This document shows, one piece after another, positions 13,314-27,505 of a DNA stretch of 64,000 nucleotides; the stretch's first letter is position 1; each line of letters begins with the position of its first letter. The stretch lies in assembly GCF_009914755.1 (NCBI RefSeq), contig NC_060942.1; one strand, written 5' to 3'. The notes under the pieces are model-generated. The model had not been told where the DNA came from and ran no database searches. It saw nothing but the letters and a program-made list of their open reading frames with translations. A program made the position numbers and the translations under genes. This DNA comes from the human T2T-CHM13v2.0 reference genome, Homo sapiens.

Positions 13314-14034
13314 TGTAACCCAGTGGGTTAATCTTGCCCACTGCCTAGACAGAGCTGATTTATCTAGACAGGGGAATGGCAATAGAGAAAGAGTTTAATT
13401 CATGCAAAGCTGACTGTACAGGGGACCAGAGTTTTACTCAAATCAGTCTCTCCCAAAACTTGGAGACTGAGGTTTTCAAGAATAATTTGGTGTATAGGGG
13501 GTCAGAAAGTTGGCAGTGCTGATTGATCAGGTCAGAGATAAAATAATAGGGAGTCAAAGCTGTCCTCTTATGCTGAATCAGTTCCTAGGCAGAGGCCACA
13601 AGTCCAACTGAGCCAGTTTATCAAGACCTGGGTAGTGCCAGCTGATCCTTTAAGCACAGAGTCTGCAAAATATCTGAAGCACTGATCTTAGATTTTACAA
13701 TAGTGATGTTATCCTCAGGAGCAATTTGGAGAGGTTCAGATTCTTGTACCCTCCAGCTGCATGACTCCTAAGCCATAATTTCTAATTTTGTGGCTATTTT
13801 GTTAATCCTGCAAAGCCAGTCTAGGCTGTAGGCAGGAAGGGGGTTTGTTTAGGGAAAGGGCTGCTATTATCTTGGTTTCAAAGTTAAATCATAAACTAAG
13901 TTTCTTCCAAAATTAGTTTAGCCTACACCAGCAATGAATAAGACAGCTTGGAGGTTAAAAGAAAGATGAAGGCAGTTAGGACACATCTCTTTTACCTTCT
14001 TTTCTCAGTTATGATTTTTGCAAAGGCAGTTTCA
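13314..14034 (-). mobile_element. LTR8/LTR8A solo LTR
   Basis: tgtaacc...tgcccactgcctagacagagctgatttatc... to ...ttttgcaaaggcagtttca (reverse complement of the LTR8 start TGAAACCGCCTTTGCAAAA). Confidence 0.88.
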
Positions 14035-14869
14035 CAGTCATAGTTCAGTTTTATTCCGAGAATTATTCACTGGCAAGTTCTTGGAAATTATGGGGAAACT
14101 GAAATCGTGTTGCTCATGGGATAAGATGCAGGAAGAGCAAGGTGTGGTCCTAGTTAAGCAGCTATTGGTTGGTCAATTTGAATTTAGCAAAAGTAGTGGA
14201 AAGAAACAGTGGAAACTAAGTTCTTGTAAGGATCAGTACAACGTTTTAAGTCCTTCTCTTTGGCCAGCATTGGCGTAAAAGATAACATGCTAAGGACAGT
14301 TGTCAGAGTCCAGATTTCCATTCGTGCCTTCCAGTATCTTTGGAGATTGTTGAGTCTTGAGTGCATTCAGCAGCTCCTTATGTGACTTATATTTCTGTTG
14401 TCACTGTAATAATCTGTCCAGGGGGTGGCAGTTAACAGGTATTTAGGGCTGTAAGTAGGATACGATGTAGAACTCTGAAGCCTAGAAACACAAGAACTAG
14501 AATCATTAACAGTCTTTGAAAGGCTGTCTATCCAGCCCACCGTTTTACCTGGTTTTAATCATAAAACCAAGTTCCACCCTCCATCTGGATTCCTTGATCC
14601 AGACGACCCAGAATGTGGCAGAAGAGCCAGGTTGTCAAGGTTTGTTTCCTTTGTGTCTCATTTTGTATCTGATTAGTGAGGTATTTTCAAAATAACAGAG
14701 TCGCTTGTATAAATCAAAGCATTAGTATTAAAGGAGGACATTTCTTGAAGTTTTTAAATCCTCGTTAATTAAAAATCTTGAATTTAAACTCAAAAGACAG
14801 GAATAAGACAGCTAGGAAAAGAAGAAGAAGAAGAAGTGTTTGGTGGTCACAAGGATGCAGGAGTCAAAC

Positions 14870-15565
14870 TGCTAGCAGCAGTGAATTCGATGGGTCTGCA
14901 GCAACTCAATTCTTGCCTCCTTGGAGGAGAGAATTCAACCAAGGGACATAAGGCAGAGGGAGAGACTGAGGCAAGTTTTAGCGCAGGAGTGAACGTTTAT
15001 TAAAAAGCTTTAGAACAGGAATGAAAGGAAGTAAAGTACACTTGGAAGAGGGTCACATGGGCAGCTTGAGAAATCCAAGTGCCCTGGCCAATGGTTGACT
15101 TGAGATTTTTACACACTGGATGGTTCTGAGGTTTGTGTTTCTTCTGCCTTGATTTTTCCTTGGGGCAGCCTCTCTGCATGTGCAGCGGACTGCCAGCACT
15201 TAAGAGGGGCCTCATGCAGAATGTGTTTACTCAAGTTGTGTGCATGCTCCTTTGAGGCATTTTTCCCTTACCGGTTGAACATTCCCAGAGAATAGTCATA
15301 TGCCAGTTAAACTCTGCCATTTTGCCTCTTAGTGCACATGCTGGAGCGCACTTGCCCAACTCCAGAGATCTTATCAGAAAGCTAATCACCAGCTTCAGGT
15401 GTTTTATATTTATTGGGAGACTACCTTTCCCTGGCACTGGCTGTGACCAATTATTATTTTAGAGAGACAGTTTAACAACCACCTGAGCATCACCTGATGG
15501 CTGCCTGACATTCCTGCAGGGCGGGGCCTCTCCTGTCCATGTCTGCAGAGCTACCTGCTCTAACA
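14870..15565 (-). mobile_element. MER50 solo LTR
   Basis: Minus-strand start TGTTAGAGCAGGTAG...GACATGGACAGGAGAGGCCCC; perfect 4-bp TSD AAAC (14866-14869 / 15566-15569). Confidence 0.85.
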
Positions 15566-15719
15566 AAACAAGAAATCTTCGGTAGAGGTTTTCCACCTGT
15601 TGCTTCATCAAGGTTCTTTGAAAAACAATCCCCTTTGTGATGTGCCTGCTTCTGAAGAATCCTGAGAGATTCTGTGTGATAGCTCCCATTGGTATGGAGA
15701 TGCTGGAGATGCATAATGA

Positions 15720-16400
15720 CTTTTAACTGAGAGATGTGACTCCAGAGTTCCATTCTGTGAAGTTTTACTGTAGTATTTATGATTGATAGTGCCTGGTCAA
15801 GTCTCTTTCTGTGGCCCAAGAGCATTCCGAGGTTGACGTCATTTTTAGCAAACCAGTAATCTTGGCAGATCATGCAGGATTCTCTTATTTGTCTTTGGAA
15901 AAAGCCGAGTGCAACTGGCTTTGTTGATTATATACTTGGATATACAGCATAAAATCTCTACAGCAATTGTCAATTTTGCAAACTTTAATTTTGGGGTAAT
16001 ATTTATTCTTTTAATTTCCATTGATGACTTAAGATGATAAGAACAGTTGAGTTCTGGAAGATGAACTGTCTTTTGCAAACTCCTTGGTTATAGTCCCTAC
16101 AAAGCTGGTACCTCTGTAACTGGATAAGTAAGTTGGTGTGTCCCAAGTTAAGAATATATAGTCTAGAAAAAAAATTAAGCTAGTGGCAAGGTAGTTGTTT
16201 TTTGACAGGGAAAAGCTGCCATCCAGAAAACAGACAATAGTTGGAAGATATTTATATTCATTGGAATGTGACCATGTATAAAATGCATCTTCAAATGTTC
16301 AAAGCCTTCATTGAAGCCGTTATTCCTGTTAATGCTTCACCTTTACAGCTTTGCTAGTGTCATTCATTTGGCAGGAAAAACACATGCCAGAAACATCCTC
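15720..16400 (-). mobile_element. Decayed ERV1 (gammaretrovirus-like) pol, integrase domain
   Basis: Manual minus-strand translation across frameshifts gives the integrase motifs in order: CFSC (16371-16382, Zn-finger CxxC); FEHLKMHF (16280-16303, cf. FEHLQMDF); FSGW..FPC; TWDTPTYLSSYRGTSF (~16100-16145, cf. WGIP..ISSDRGTHF); CSYHLKSSMEIKRIN (16001-16045, cf. CPYHPQSSGKVERTN); NTTVKLHRMELWSHISQLK (~15721-15780, cf. TAVKLxGIxPWIHISxLK). Confidence 0.88.
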
Positions 16401-16612
16401 AACAATGTAGAGTAAAATGGCCAGTGTTTTAAGCTTACAGCCAATTTTTCTCTTAACCTTCTAGGCAATAATCTGTGTTATCCAGCATTATCAAGGTGAA
16501 AGAGTGAAATCCTCTCTTACAAGATAGCCTGGAGAATTAAGTTACAGTTGGTGATTATTCTGGAAATAGCAGCACAGTGTTCATGATTACCTGGGAGTAA
16601 CAGTTTGTGAAG

Positions 16613-17046
16613 CACCAATCCCCAACCTTTTTGGCACCAGGCACTGGTTTTGTGGAAGATCATTTTTCCATGGACAGGGTTGGGGTTGGGGGGATGGTTT
16701 CAAGATGATTCAAGTGCATTATTAGATTTATTATGCACTTGATTTCTATTATTACATACTCATCATAAGGTAGGATCAGTGGGAGCCCTGAACTTGTTTT
16801 CCTGCAACTAGATGCTCCCATCTGGGGGTGATGGGAGACACTGACAGATCATCAGGCATTAGATTCTCATAAGGAACATGCAACCTAGATCCCTCGCAAG
16901 CACAGTTCACAATAGCGTTTGCACTACTATGAGAATCTAATGCTGCCACTGATCACTCACCTGCCACTCACCTCCTGCTGTGTGACTTAGTCCCTAACAG
17001 GCCATGGACTAGTACTGGTCTGTGGCTTGGGGATTGGGTAGCCCTG
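16613..17046. mobile_element. MER1A (hAT-Charlie non-autonomous DNA transposon)
   Basis: ccccaacctttttggcaccagg...gcattagattctcataagg...gggattgggtagccctg; 8-bp TSD ttgtgaag / ttgtaaag. Confidence 0.9.
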
Positions 17047-17479
17047 TTGTAAAGGGTAAGAACAGACATGGGGACAAAGCTGCCTGGACTTTCCATTTAC
17101 ATCACAAAGCCACTGTATTTGCCACTGATTGTCCCTGACTGAGATGTGCATTAACGTCGCACAACAAATGTTAATAGGGAGAATCATTCACCAGTTTTGA
17201 TGCTTGAACATGAATATGTTTCTTTAACTTGAGAGAGAAATATTGAAGTGATTTATACAAATACATTTTATGTGCATATAGTGAAACTATGAAAACTGAG
17301 CTTCTCTTAACTGAGATTCTTTTTCCCACTGCATGTTAAATTATATAAACAACAAGTTCCCATTATAGTTACATTTATTAAAAATTGAAGAATGGAGAAT
17401 GCCAAAGCATTTTATTATCCTTCTATTTTGAAGGTAAGGGAGCAAATTTTTTTGTTATTCATTGGAATTTCAAAGATAT

Positions 17480-17757
17480 TCAAAGATATCTGGGAGAAGT
17501 AGGAACGATCCACATGAGTCCACTGTGAGGACAACTGGAAATGCATATCTGGTGACTCCTGGACCCACTCTATTTGCCTCTTGGTTGAATTTAATCTGAT
17601 CCTTTTGCCACAAAGAAAAAAAAATAACGCTAAATATAATGCCTTTTCTGAATTCTGTGAGTTCTTCCAGTGAATTATTTGAATCTGAGGGTGGTCTTAG
17701 GAATCCAAACTTACAGCTAGTATCAAAAGTTAAGGCTGTCTTGGGGACTGCCAAACT
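17480..17757 (+). mobile_element. MER21-family LTR fragment
   Basis: ttttctgaattctgtgagttcttccagtgaattatttgaatctgagggtggtcttaggaatcc...gtcttggggactgcc matches the MER21 U5 region. Confidence 0.7.
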
Positions 17758-18055
17758 TCATAATATGTAAAACCTAAAATATCTGTGACTTTCTTGAGTT
17801 TCAAAACCAATGTATTTAGAAAATTTAAAGCATGAAAAGCTTGACCTTGGTATTGAATAAAATTAGACTTAGTGTTGACATTAATTTTATATAATAAAAT
17901 GTGGAAGGAGATAAACAATATTCTAGAGAATACCCTTATTATATACTAATTCTAATTTGTCAAAGGATTCATGTATTTGTTCAGGACTATTATGAACCTA
18001 CGTAATTCTCGAATATAATTTATAAACCTCTGAATTCATTAAAAATGTTAAAGAT

Positions 18056-18446
<391 letters not shown>

Positions 18447-19600
18447 TTAGATTATATTTTGTTGTTGTTCTTACTGTTGCCTTTTTTTACATGGCCCGTA
18501 TGTTTTTAAGCAAAACAAATGCAGTTTAATAATTTTTAGCTCTTTTTTCAAACTTTGTCTGAGCTAGATATTATTAGGATACATACATAAAGACAAAAAA
18601 CAAAACTTTGATCACTGAGTCTCCAAAATTCCCCCAGAGAGAAGAAAAGAGTGGGAGAAGAAAAAAGGAAAAAAGTAACAGGAGAAGCAAGTGGGAGCTA
18701 GCTTCATACAAATATTAAGTTTTCATCAGTAAAATGTAATTATCTTTCCTCTTCAAGGACGAAAGGTTAGAGGCAGGAAACCCATTTTGACACAGACATA
18801 CACACTCACACAAACACACACACGTGGACACAAACATGAGATTTACTACAATTGGTTAAAATAAGATGACCTCACTTAAATAATCTCTTTTAGACAAGAA
18901 AGAAAATTTCATGAAGGCTTCTCCCTTTTATGCCTCTGAAAGAACAATTTTCTTTATGTCAGAAATTCTTCAAATTGATCATTGGAATTATAAATTCTCC
19001 TTGGTGAGATTCATATATTCTATGTTTGGTGTTGTTCACATCAACGTAAATATTAATAAGCAGAGGGCCACTGGCTTCATTGTCTACAACAATTCTAGTG
19101 GTGAGAAGCAAACACGTGCTACCGCCCCTCTGTCACAAACAAACAATACATCTTTATCTCACACATAAAAGCCCCTATCAGTGACAATAGTAACAATGTA
19201 AAATGTGAGTGTCACTCAACACAAAATGAAAGATTTCCATGCAGAATCAGAGCTCATCTGGTGTCTAGCCACACCGGCCCCAGTCGGGGGAGAGAGCAAT
19301 GTTGCTTCAGTGTTGTTGTGCTTCTTCACTAAAGTATCCGGTCCAGGTAATGGGAATCTTGTCCTGATCCAGTTCTTCTCAAAGGAGAAGCAATAGTGAA
19401 TGCCATTACCTCAAATTAAATAAACCCACTGCAGCATGGCAACAGCTCAAGGTGAATGGCTTTCAGAGCTGACAGCATGGATTGGGAAAGGACAGTTTTT
19501 CTCTGAGAGCTGTTCTCTGAATCCTTGGAAGGTATGAAAACCTGGATTTATCAATCAGGTTGTAGTATTCAGGGGTAGCAAGTTTTGGGGCATCATTTAA

Positions 19601-20000
<400 letters not shown>

Positions 20001-20029
20001 GTGTATGCGTGTTTCTTAATCCATCTATA

Positions 20030-20950
20030 AGCATCTTTCACAAACACATATCTAAAAATGAACCCTTGATTTTCCACTTCAAAATGTAGTCCTCAGATTT
20101 CCTCACCTCTGTTAATGGTAATTGTATTAGCCCATTTTAATACTGCTATGAAGAAATAACTGAAACTAGATTATAAAGAAAAAGTGGCTTAATGGACTCG
20201 CAGTTCCATATGCCTGGGGAGGCCTCACAATCATGGAGGAAGGTGAAGGAGGAGCAGAGGCATGGCTTATGTGGCAGCAGGCAAGAGAGAATGTGCCAGG
20301 GAACTGCCCTTTATAAAACTATCAGATCTCATGAGAGTCACTCACTATTATGAGAACAGCAGCATAACCACTCCTTATGATTCAATTACCTACAACTGGG
20401 TCCCTTCCATCACACATGGGGATTATGGGAACTACAATTCAAGATGAGATTTTGGTGGGGACACACCAAACTATATCAATAATCCAATGTTTTAATAGTA
20501 TATGACTGTAATCTTAGTGTGATCTTTGCTTCTGCTGTTTGTCTTGTTTCCTTAATCCAACATATAAGCAAATTTTGTCAGCTCTACTTTCAAAAATGTG
20601 CATACAATCTGACCAGCATTCAGCATATTCACTTACCTTTTGATCCAACACTCTATCATTTCTTATTTGGACAATTTTAGTAGTTCCCTAACGGGCCAGC
20701 CTCAGGATTTTATTTCCATAAAGTAGCCAGAAAAGTCCTGTTAAAATATGAGTTAGATCATATCATTTCTGCATTCAAAATTGCCTTGTTGTTTCCCATC
20801 TCATGAAGAATTAATTCAAAATCCTCATCTTTTCCTCTAACATATGATTTGGCTCTTGGCTACTTCTCTAATTTCAAAAACTATGAATTTTATCCTTTTC
20901 TCATGTGATCTAACATATTGTCATTCTTTGAACAGCCCAAAGACATCCCT
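20030..20950 (+). mobile_element. L2 fragment interrupted by a THE1 LTR
   Basis: L2-like motifs (tctaaaaatgaacccttgatttt; cagctctactttcaaaa; gtagccagaaaagtcctgttaaaatatgagttagatcatatca) on both sides of the THE1. Confidence 0.6.
20123..20478 (-). mobile_element. THE1 (B/C/D-like) solo LTR
   Basis: tgtattagcccatttt...ggggaggcctcacaatcatgg...gagattttggtggggacacaccaaactatatca; 5-bp TSD gtaat / ataat. Confidence 0.92.
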
Positions 20951-22089
20951 GCTTTCTGCTTGTTTTTTTTGAATATTTGAATATCTAGCATTAAACAATA
21001 ATAGATTAACTCCTAAAATCTAATGTCATCAGCAAATAATTACCTAGTATAATAATAATGATGGACACATAATATACTTCTAGCACTTCAATATAGACAG
21101 TAATTAACATTTAATAAACATACAAAAAGTATTAACATTTTACAAAGGAGAAAACATGTTTGGAGGATTTAAGTAATGTGCACAGTATTATCTGACTTAT
21201 AATTGGGTACTCAAGATTCCATAATATCTGATTGTTTCTGAACCATGTTGCACAATAACTAAATATTGTGCAATGCTACAACTGAGAAAATTGCAAAGGC
21301 TATTTGCAACTATCAGAAATGTAAGACAATTTTAGAAAAGTGCATAATCACTTTTATGACATATGTGTTCTCAGTACCTGCTTTGTCAGATTTTCTATGC
21401 ATTAAGTCAGTGTCCTGATGAAATTTCATTGAAACTAGAAAGTTATCTTTAATCATATGTATATATCTATACCATTAAGTTATGCAAATGAGCATATTAC
21501 CACATTTTCCAACTTACATCCATTAGCACTTCATGGATATATAGATACTACACTATTTAAGCTCAATTCCCACTCATACTTCTTGTTGAAGTTAGTCTTC
21601 TTAAACTCTTAGCACATTTTTTGTAAGATTTTTCTAAAATCAGGGAGGATGGATGCTGTGGCAGTGGACACGAAGAAGAAATGCCCTTGCACATAACCTC
21701 CTCTAACTACCTGAGGTGACTTGCCGACAACTTGACCTTTCTTTCCTTGGGTCTCGCCATCTTGAAGAATCCAGGCATCTCACAGGCACATGAAACGTGC
21801 TTGGTTTTTTACTTCGTTCCCTGTTTCCTTGGCTTACTTTTTGGTGCAAGCATATTTTGCAGCTCCCAGAAGATAGGGTTCCTCCCTGTTAAACATTCTG
21901 GAAGACACAGAAAAGTTGAGAAATTAAATCACCCAGAGGTAACTACACTGATAAACTAATTTCCCTTTATTCACTACAAATGTTTTGCAGCTGCTCCCAC
22001 CCTGGTTCTGGCACTGAACTTGCCAATGGATCTTCATGAATCGGGGTATCCTAGATCTCTTTATATCTTTAGTTTTATATTTCCAGGAT

Positions 22090-22460
22090 ATTGTCACAAT
22101 TTCATCTCTCCAACTCTTAAATTTAATTATTTATTTAGCAACCATATTTTCAGTTCTTTTTAATTTATTATGGCAATTTTATTTTTAATATCCAAGAGCT
22201 CCTTTCCACAGCCTATTGTCTCGTGATGTAATACATCCTAAAGTCCCTGGGAGGTACTATTATACTTAGAGGTTTTTTTGTTTCATTTTTAAGAAACTGC
22301 GTCTTCTAAAAAATCGTTAGTGTTTCCTTTGAGTTTTAATCTCCTTTCTGCAGAGAGGTAGGTTCCTTTCATGTCGCAGTGTTTCCTCAAAGGGCCAGAG
22401 AGTCTTCTTTGCTCATTCATATTTAAGAACAAGGCAATGCAAAGGCGATTGCTGAGGTAA
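22090..22460 (-). mobile_element. Probable ancient L1M/HAL1 fragment
   Basis: T-rich antisense L1-like sequence (ttttaatatccaagagctcc; gtttcctcaaagggcc...gctcattcatatttaaga); weak match. Confidence 0.35.
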
Positions 22461-23283
22461 GTACAGAAGTCAAACTTAGTGACTCATGAGCTTTAAACGG
22501 TGAAGATCTGGAGAAATGTCTAAATACTAGCCTTCATTTGTTTAAAAAAGAGTTTCATCTTTCTTCCTGAGTATTATTTCTTGAAAGAATAATTCCCCAA
22601 TTCTTGCCCAGGGTGGTATGTCCCCGGGCACTCAGCTTTTGTGAAGGTATGCAATGTGCTATCTGTTGGGTGAGTTTTTGATTATTTCTTCCTGAACACA
22701 TCCACTTGGAGCCATGTATTTTCTGGCTTCTCAGTCTCTGAGTTGCAGTTCTGTGAATTTTCTGGGGTATATACTTCCTCCAACTTGTTTCATCCATTGT
22801 CCTCCTCCATTTGTTTTTTGAATTATAGATGTGTGTAAAACTATCTTATGGCCTGATGGTCTTCCATTTCTATGTATCATTATGAGTTTACAATCAACAT
22901 ACCTCATAATTTCACGTAATTTCATGGTATCTTGGAGGCAAGAAGAGATGCTCATATGTGGTCAGTCTGGCATCCTAAACTGGAAGTTTTATTTCTTAAA
23001 TATGTCATTTGAAGATTAATTAAATTTGTATTTATTTACTGTTCTTAATGATTAGAAATATATGTAGTTAACTTTAATACCAAGTAATGATTTTGCTTTA
23101 GATATATGTTTATCAAATTCATCCAGAAAATATATCAGCTTTGGTTTAATACTAAAATAACAATTGTATAGATTTCAGATTAAATACCCTTGAAAAAGGT
23201 TATATATCTCTATATTGCAAATTTCAACCTCCGATTCTCAACAGACTGGTGTGTAGAAAAGACAGAAAGACAAGAGAGTACAC

Positions 23284-25100
<1,817 letters not shown>

Positions 25101-25271
25101 GTGGTGTGACGCTTTCTTTCTTTTCTTTTTTTATCAAAATCTGGACAAACTAGAAATAGAAAGTTTGGGTGATCGCAATACACTCTATAGACACATTCTA
25201 GCATCATTTCCACTTACCAGGTATCAGAGGATCGTGGTGCCTGCAAATGCGTGCTCCTATATGCAAACACA

Positions 25272-25582
25272 TAATTACCCGAGACTGGGTAATTGATAAA
25301 GGGAAGAGGTTTAATTCACTCACAGTTCCACATGGCTGGGGAGGCCTCACAATCATGGCGGAAGGTGAATAAGGAGCAAAGTCACATCTTATATGATGGC
25401 AGGCAAGAGAGCTTGTGCAGGGGAACTTCTGCTTATAAAACCATCAGATCTTGAGAGACTTATTCACTACCATGAGAACAGTATGGGGGAAACTGCCCCC
25501 ATGATTCAGTTATCTCCACCAGGCCCCACCCTTGACATGTGGGGAATATTAAAATTCAAGGTGAGATTTGGTGGGGACACAG
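25272..25582 (-). mobile_element. THE1 (C/D-like) LTR, both ends truncated
   Basis: tacccgagactgggtaattgataaag...ggggaggcctcacaatcatggcggaagg...gagatttggtggggacacag. Confidence 0.9.
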
Positions 25583-26945
25583 TAAATAATACTTTACTGA
25601 GGCCCCACTCCATGGAGAATAGGGTTCAAAGTCTTAGCCTACCCCTAAAGGTCTATGAGCCACAGCTTCAGTGCAGCATGTCGTAGAGCACCACACACTG
25701 AGGGCAGACTTCCCAGATCATTTCCAACCTTTCACTTAATAGCTTTGTTACCTGTGGCCAGGTTTTTACACACATCTCATAGGGTTGTCATAGGATTTAA
25801 TAAGGTAATTTTTATCACATGGCTTTAAGTTGTTTTTTCAAAGTAATATCAAATATGACATCATTTGATTATCCAGGGAACTCAATTATTGATACAACTT
25901 AGCTTTTTCTCTGAAACAAAAAAAGACACTCAATGACACAACAATAAAATTAAAATAAAAACTATATAAAAATAAAAATGCACCATGAATTATTTATATT
26001 TAAAATTAGCTCAATCCCATGACATACGATGGAAGGTAAATATAAATCAAATCATGATCTTCTTAATTAAATAGAGAAGGGAAAACACTCATTATTTGCT
26101 TATAAAAGTTGAAGTTAGATGAGGGAACCATTTACCTGAGGCTCCAGAAAAGTCGTTGCTAGATGCTTAAAATAGGAATGTAAGAAAGAGATGTGAGAGA
26201 GACAGAGAGAAAGACTGCATAATAGAATCTCAAATATACGCATACTATTCCTTTCAAAATTTTGTGCTGCAATGTAATTTTTAGACAGAATTACCATATA
26301 CAATTTTCTAATTCCTGTTTATAATGTTTCTCAAATGATTATATAAATAAGTTTAAAGTATAATTATTTTAGAAAATTGGGGTAAATCACTCTCAGAACA
26401 ATCTTCAGTATTTATGTAACTGCTAACTCTAGAGTATTCCAGTATTCCCAATTAAAAATCCATTTAAGTAGGGAGCCATTGGAAAATAATATATAACAAT
26501 GGGAAAACCAAAGGATATATTTTGGGGGATTAGTGGTAACTAACAAAATAGTGACAAAAGATGTAGTAATAAACAATAATGTCAATAATATAACCTTATT
26601 TACAAGAGTCTGATATGATTGTAAATGCAATTATTCTGAAAATTTTAGACAGGAATAACTAAAAACATTACAATCTCTCTTTGAAAAACAAGAAAAACAA
26701 TTGAGAAAGGGAAAGGAGAAAATGTCCAAATGTAGATTATAGCATGAATAAAAATTTGTAAATGCTATATAGCTCTACTGGATTTTGAAAATAGAATAAT
26801 AACTCATTAATTTCTCATTGTCCTAACTTAGTGTGTGTAAAATATTATCAATTCTCCAACTTTTTTCAGATAGATTTTGAATAATGGCCTAAATGTACCT
26901 AATTGTGCTATCTTCTATTTTATGTCATTGTAGGGGAAGGAACAG

Positions 26946-27505
26946 TATATTCTTTTCCTATTGCTGCAGAACAAATTATGAGAAATGTAGCAGCTTAACA
27001 CAGGTTTATCATCTCACAGTTTCCATAGGTCAGGAGCCTTGCTTGTTTTGGATAGGCCTTCTGCTCAGTGTCTCATAAGGCAGAAGCAGGTCTCAGCTGG
27101 ATATATCCTCATCTGGAGGCTCTATTAAGGAAGAATCCACTTCTGAGATGTCTCAAACTGTTGGCAGAATGCATTGGCTACTATATGACTGAAGTCCCTG
27201 TTTTCTTGGTAGCTGGGAATGCTCTTAGCTCCTAGAGACTCAGGTTCTTGGCGTGTGCTCTCTCCATAAGCCCTGCCCGCAATATGGCAGCCTTCTTCAG
27301 TGCCAGCAGCAGAATCTCTCTCATGCTCTAAATCTCCTCCTTCAGATTAGGCCAGGCTCACTCAGGATAATTTTTGATGAACAGAAAGCAAACATATCTG
27401 GTGTCTTAATTTCACAAATATTCTATTATTTGAATATTTCAAGATTTGTATATTTGAATTATTCAAAAAAGAATATTGGGGTCTATCTCAAAATTTTGCT
27501 GCCAC
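26946..27505 (-). mobile_element. MLT1E-like LTR
   Basis: tttcctattgctgcagaacaaattat...tttatcatctcacagtttccataggtcaggag...ttggcagaatgca...gattaggccaggctcactcaggataat. Confidence 0.8.
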
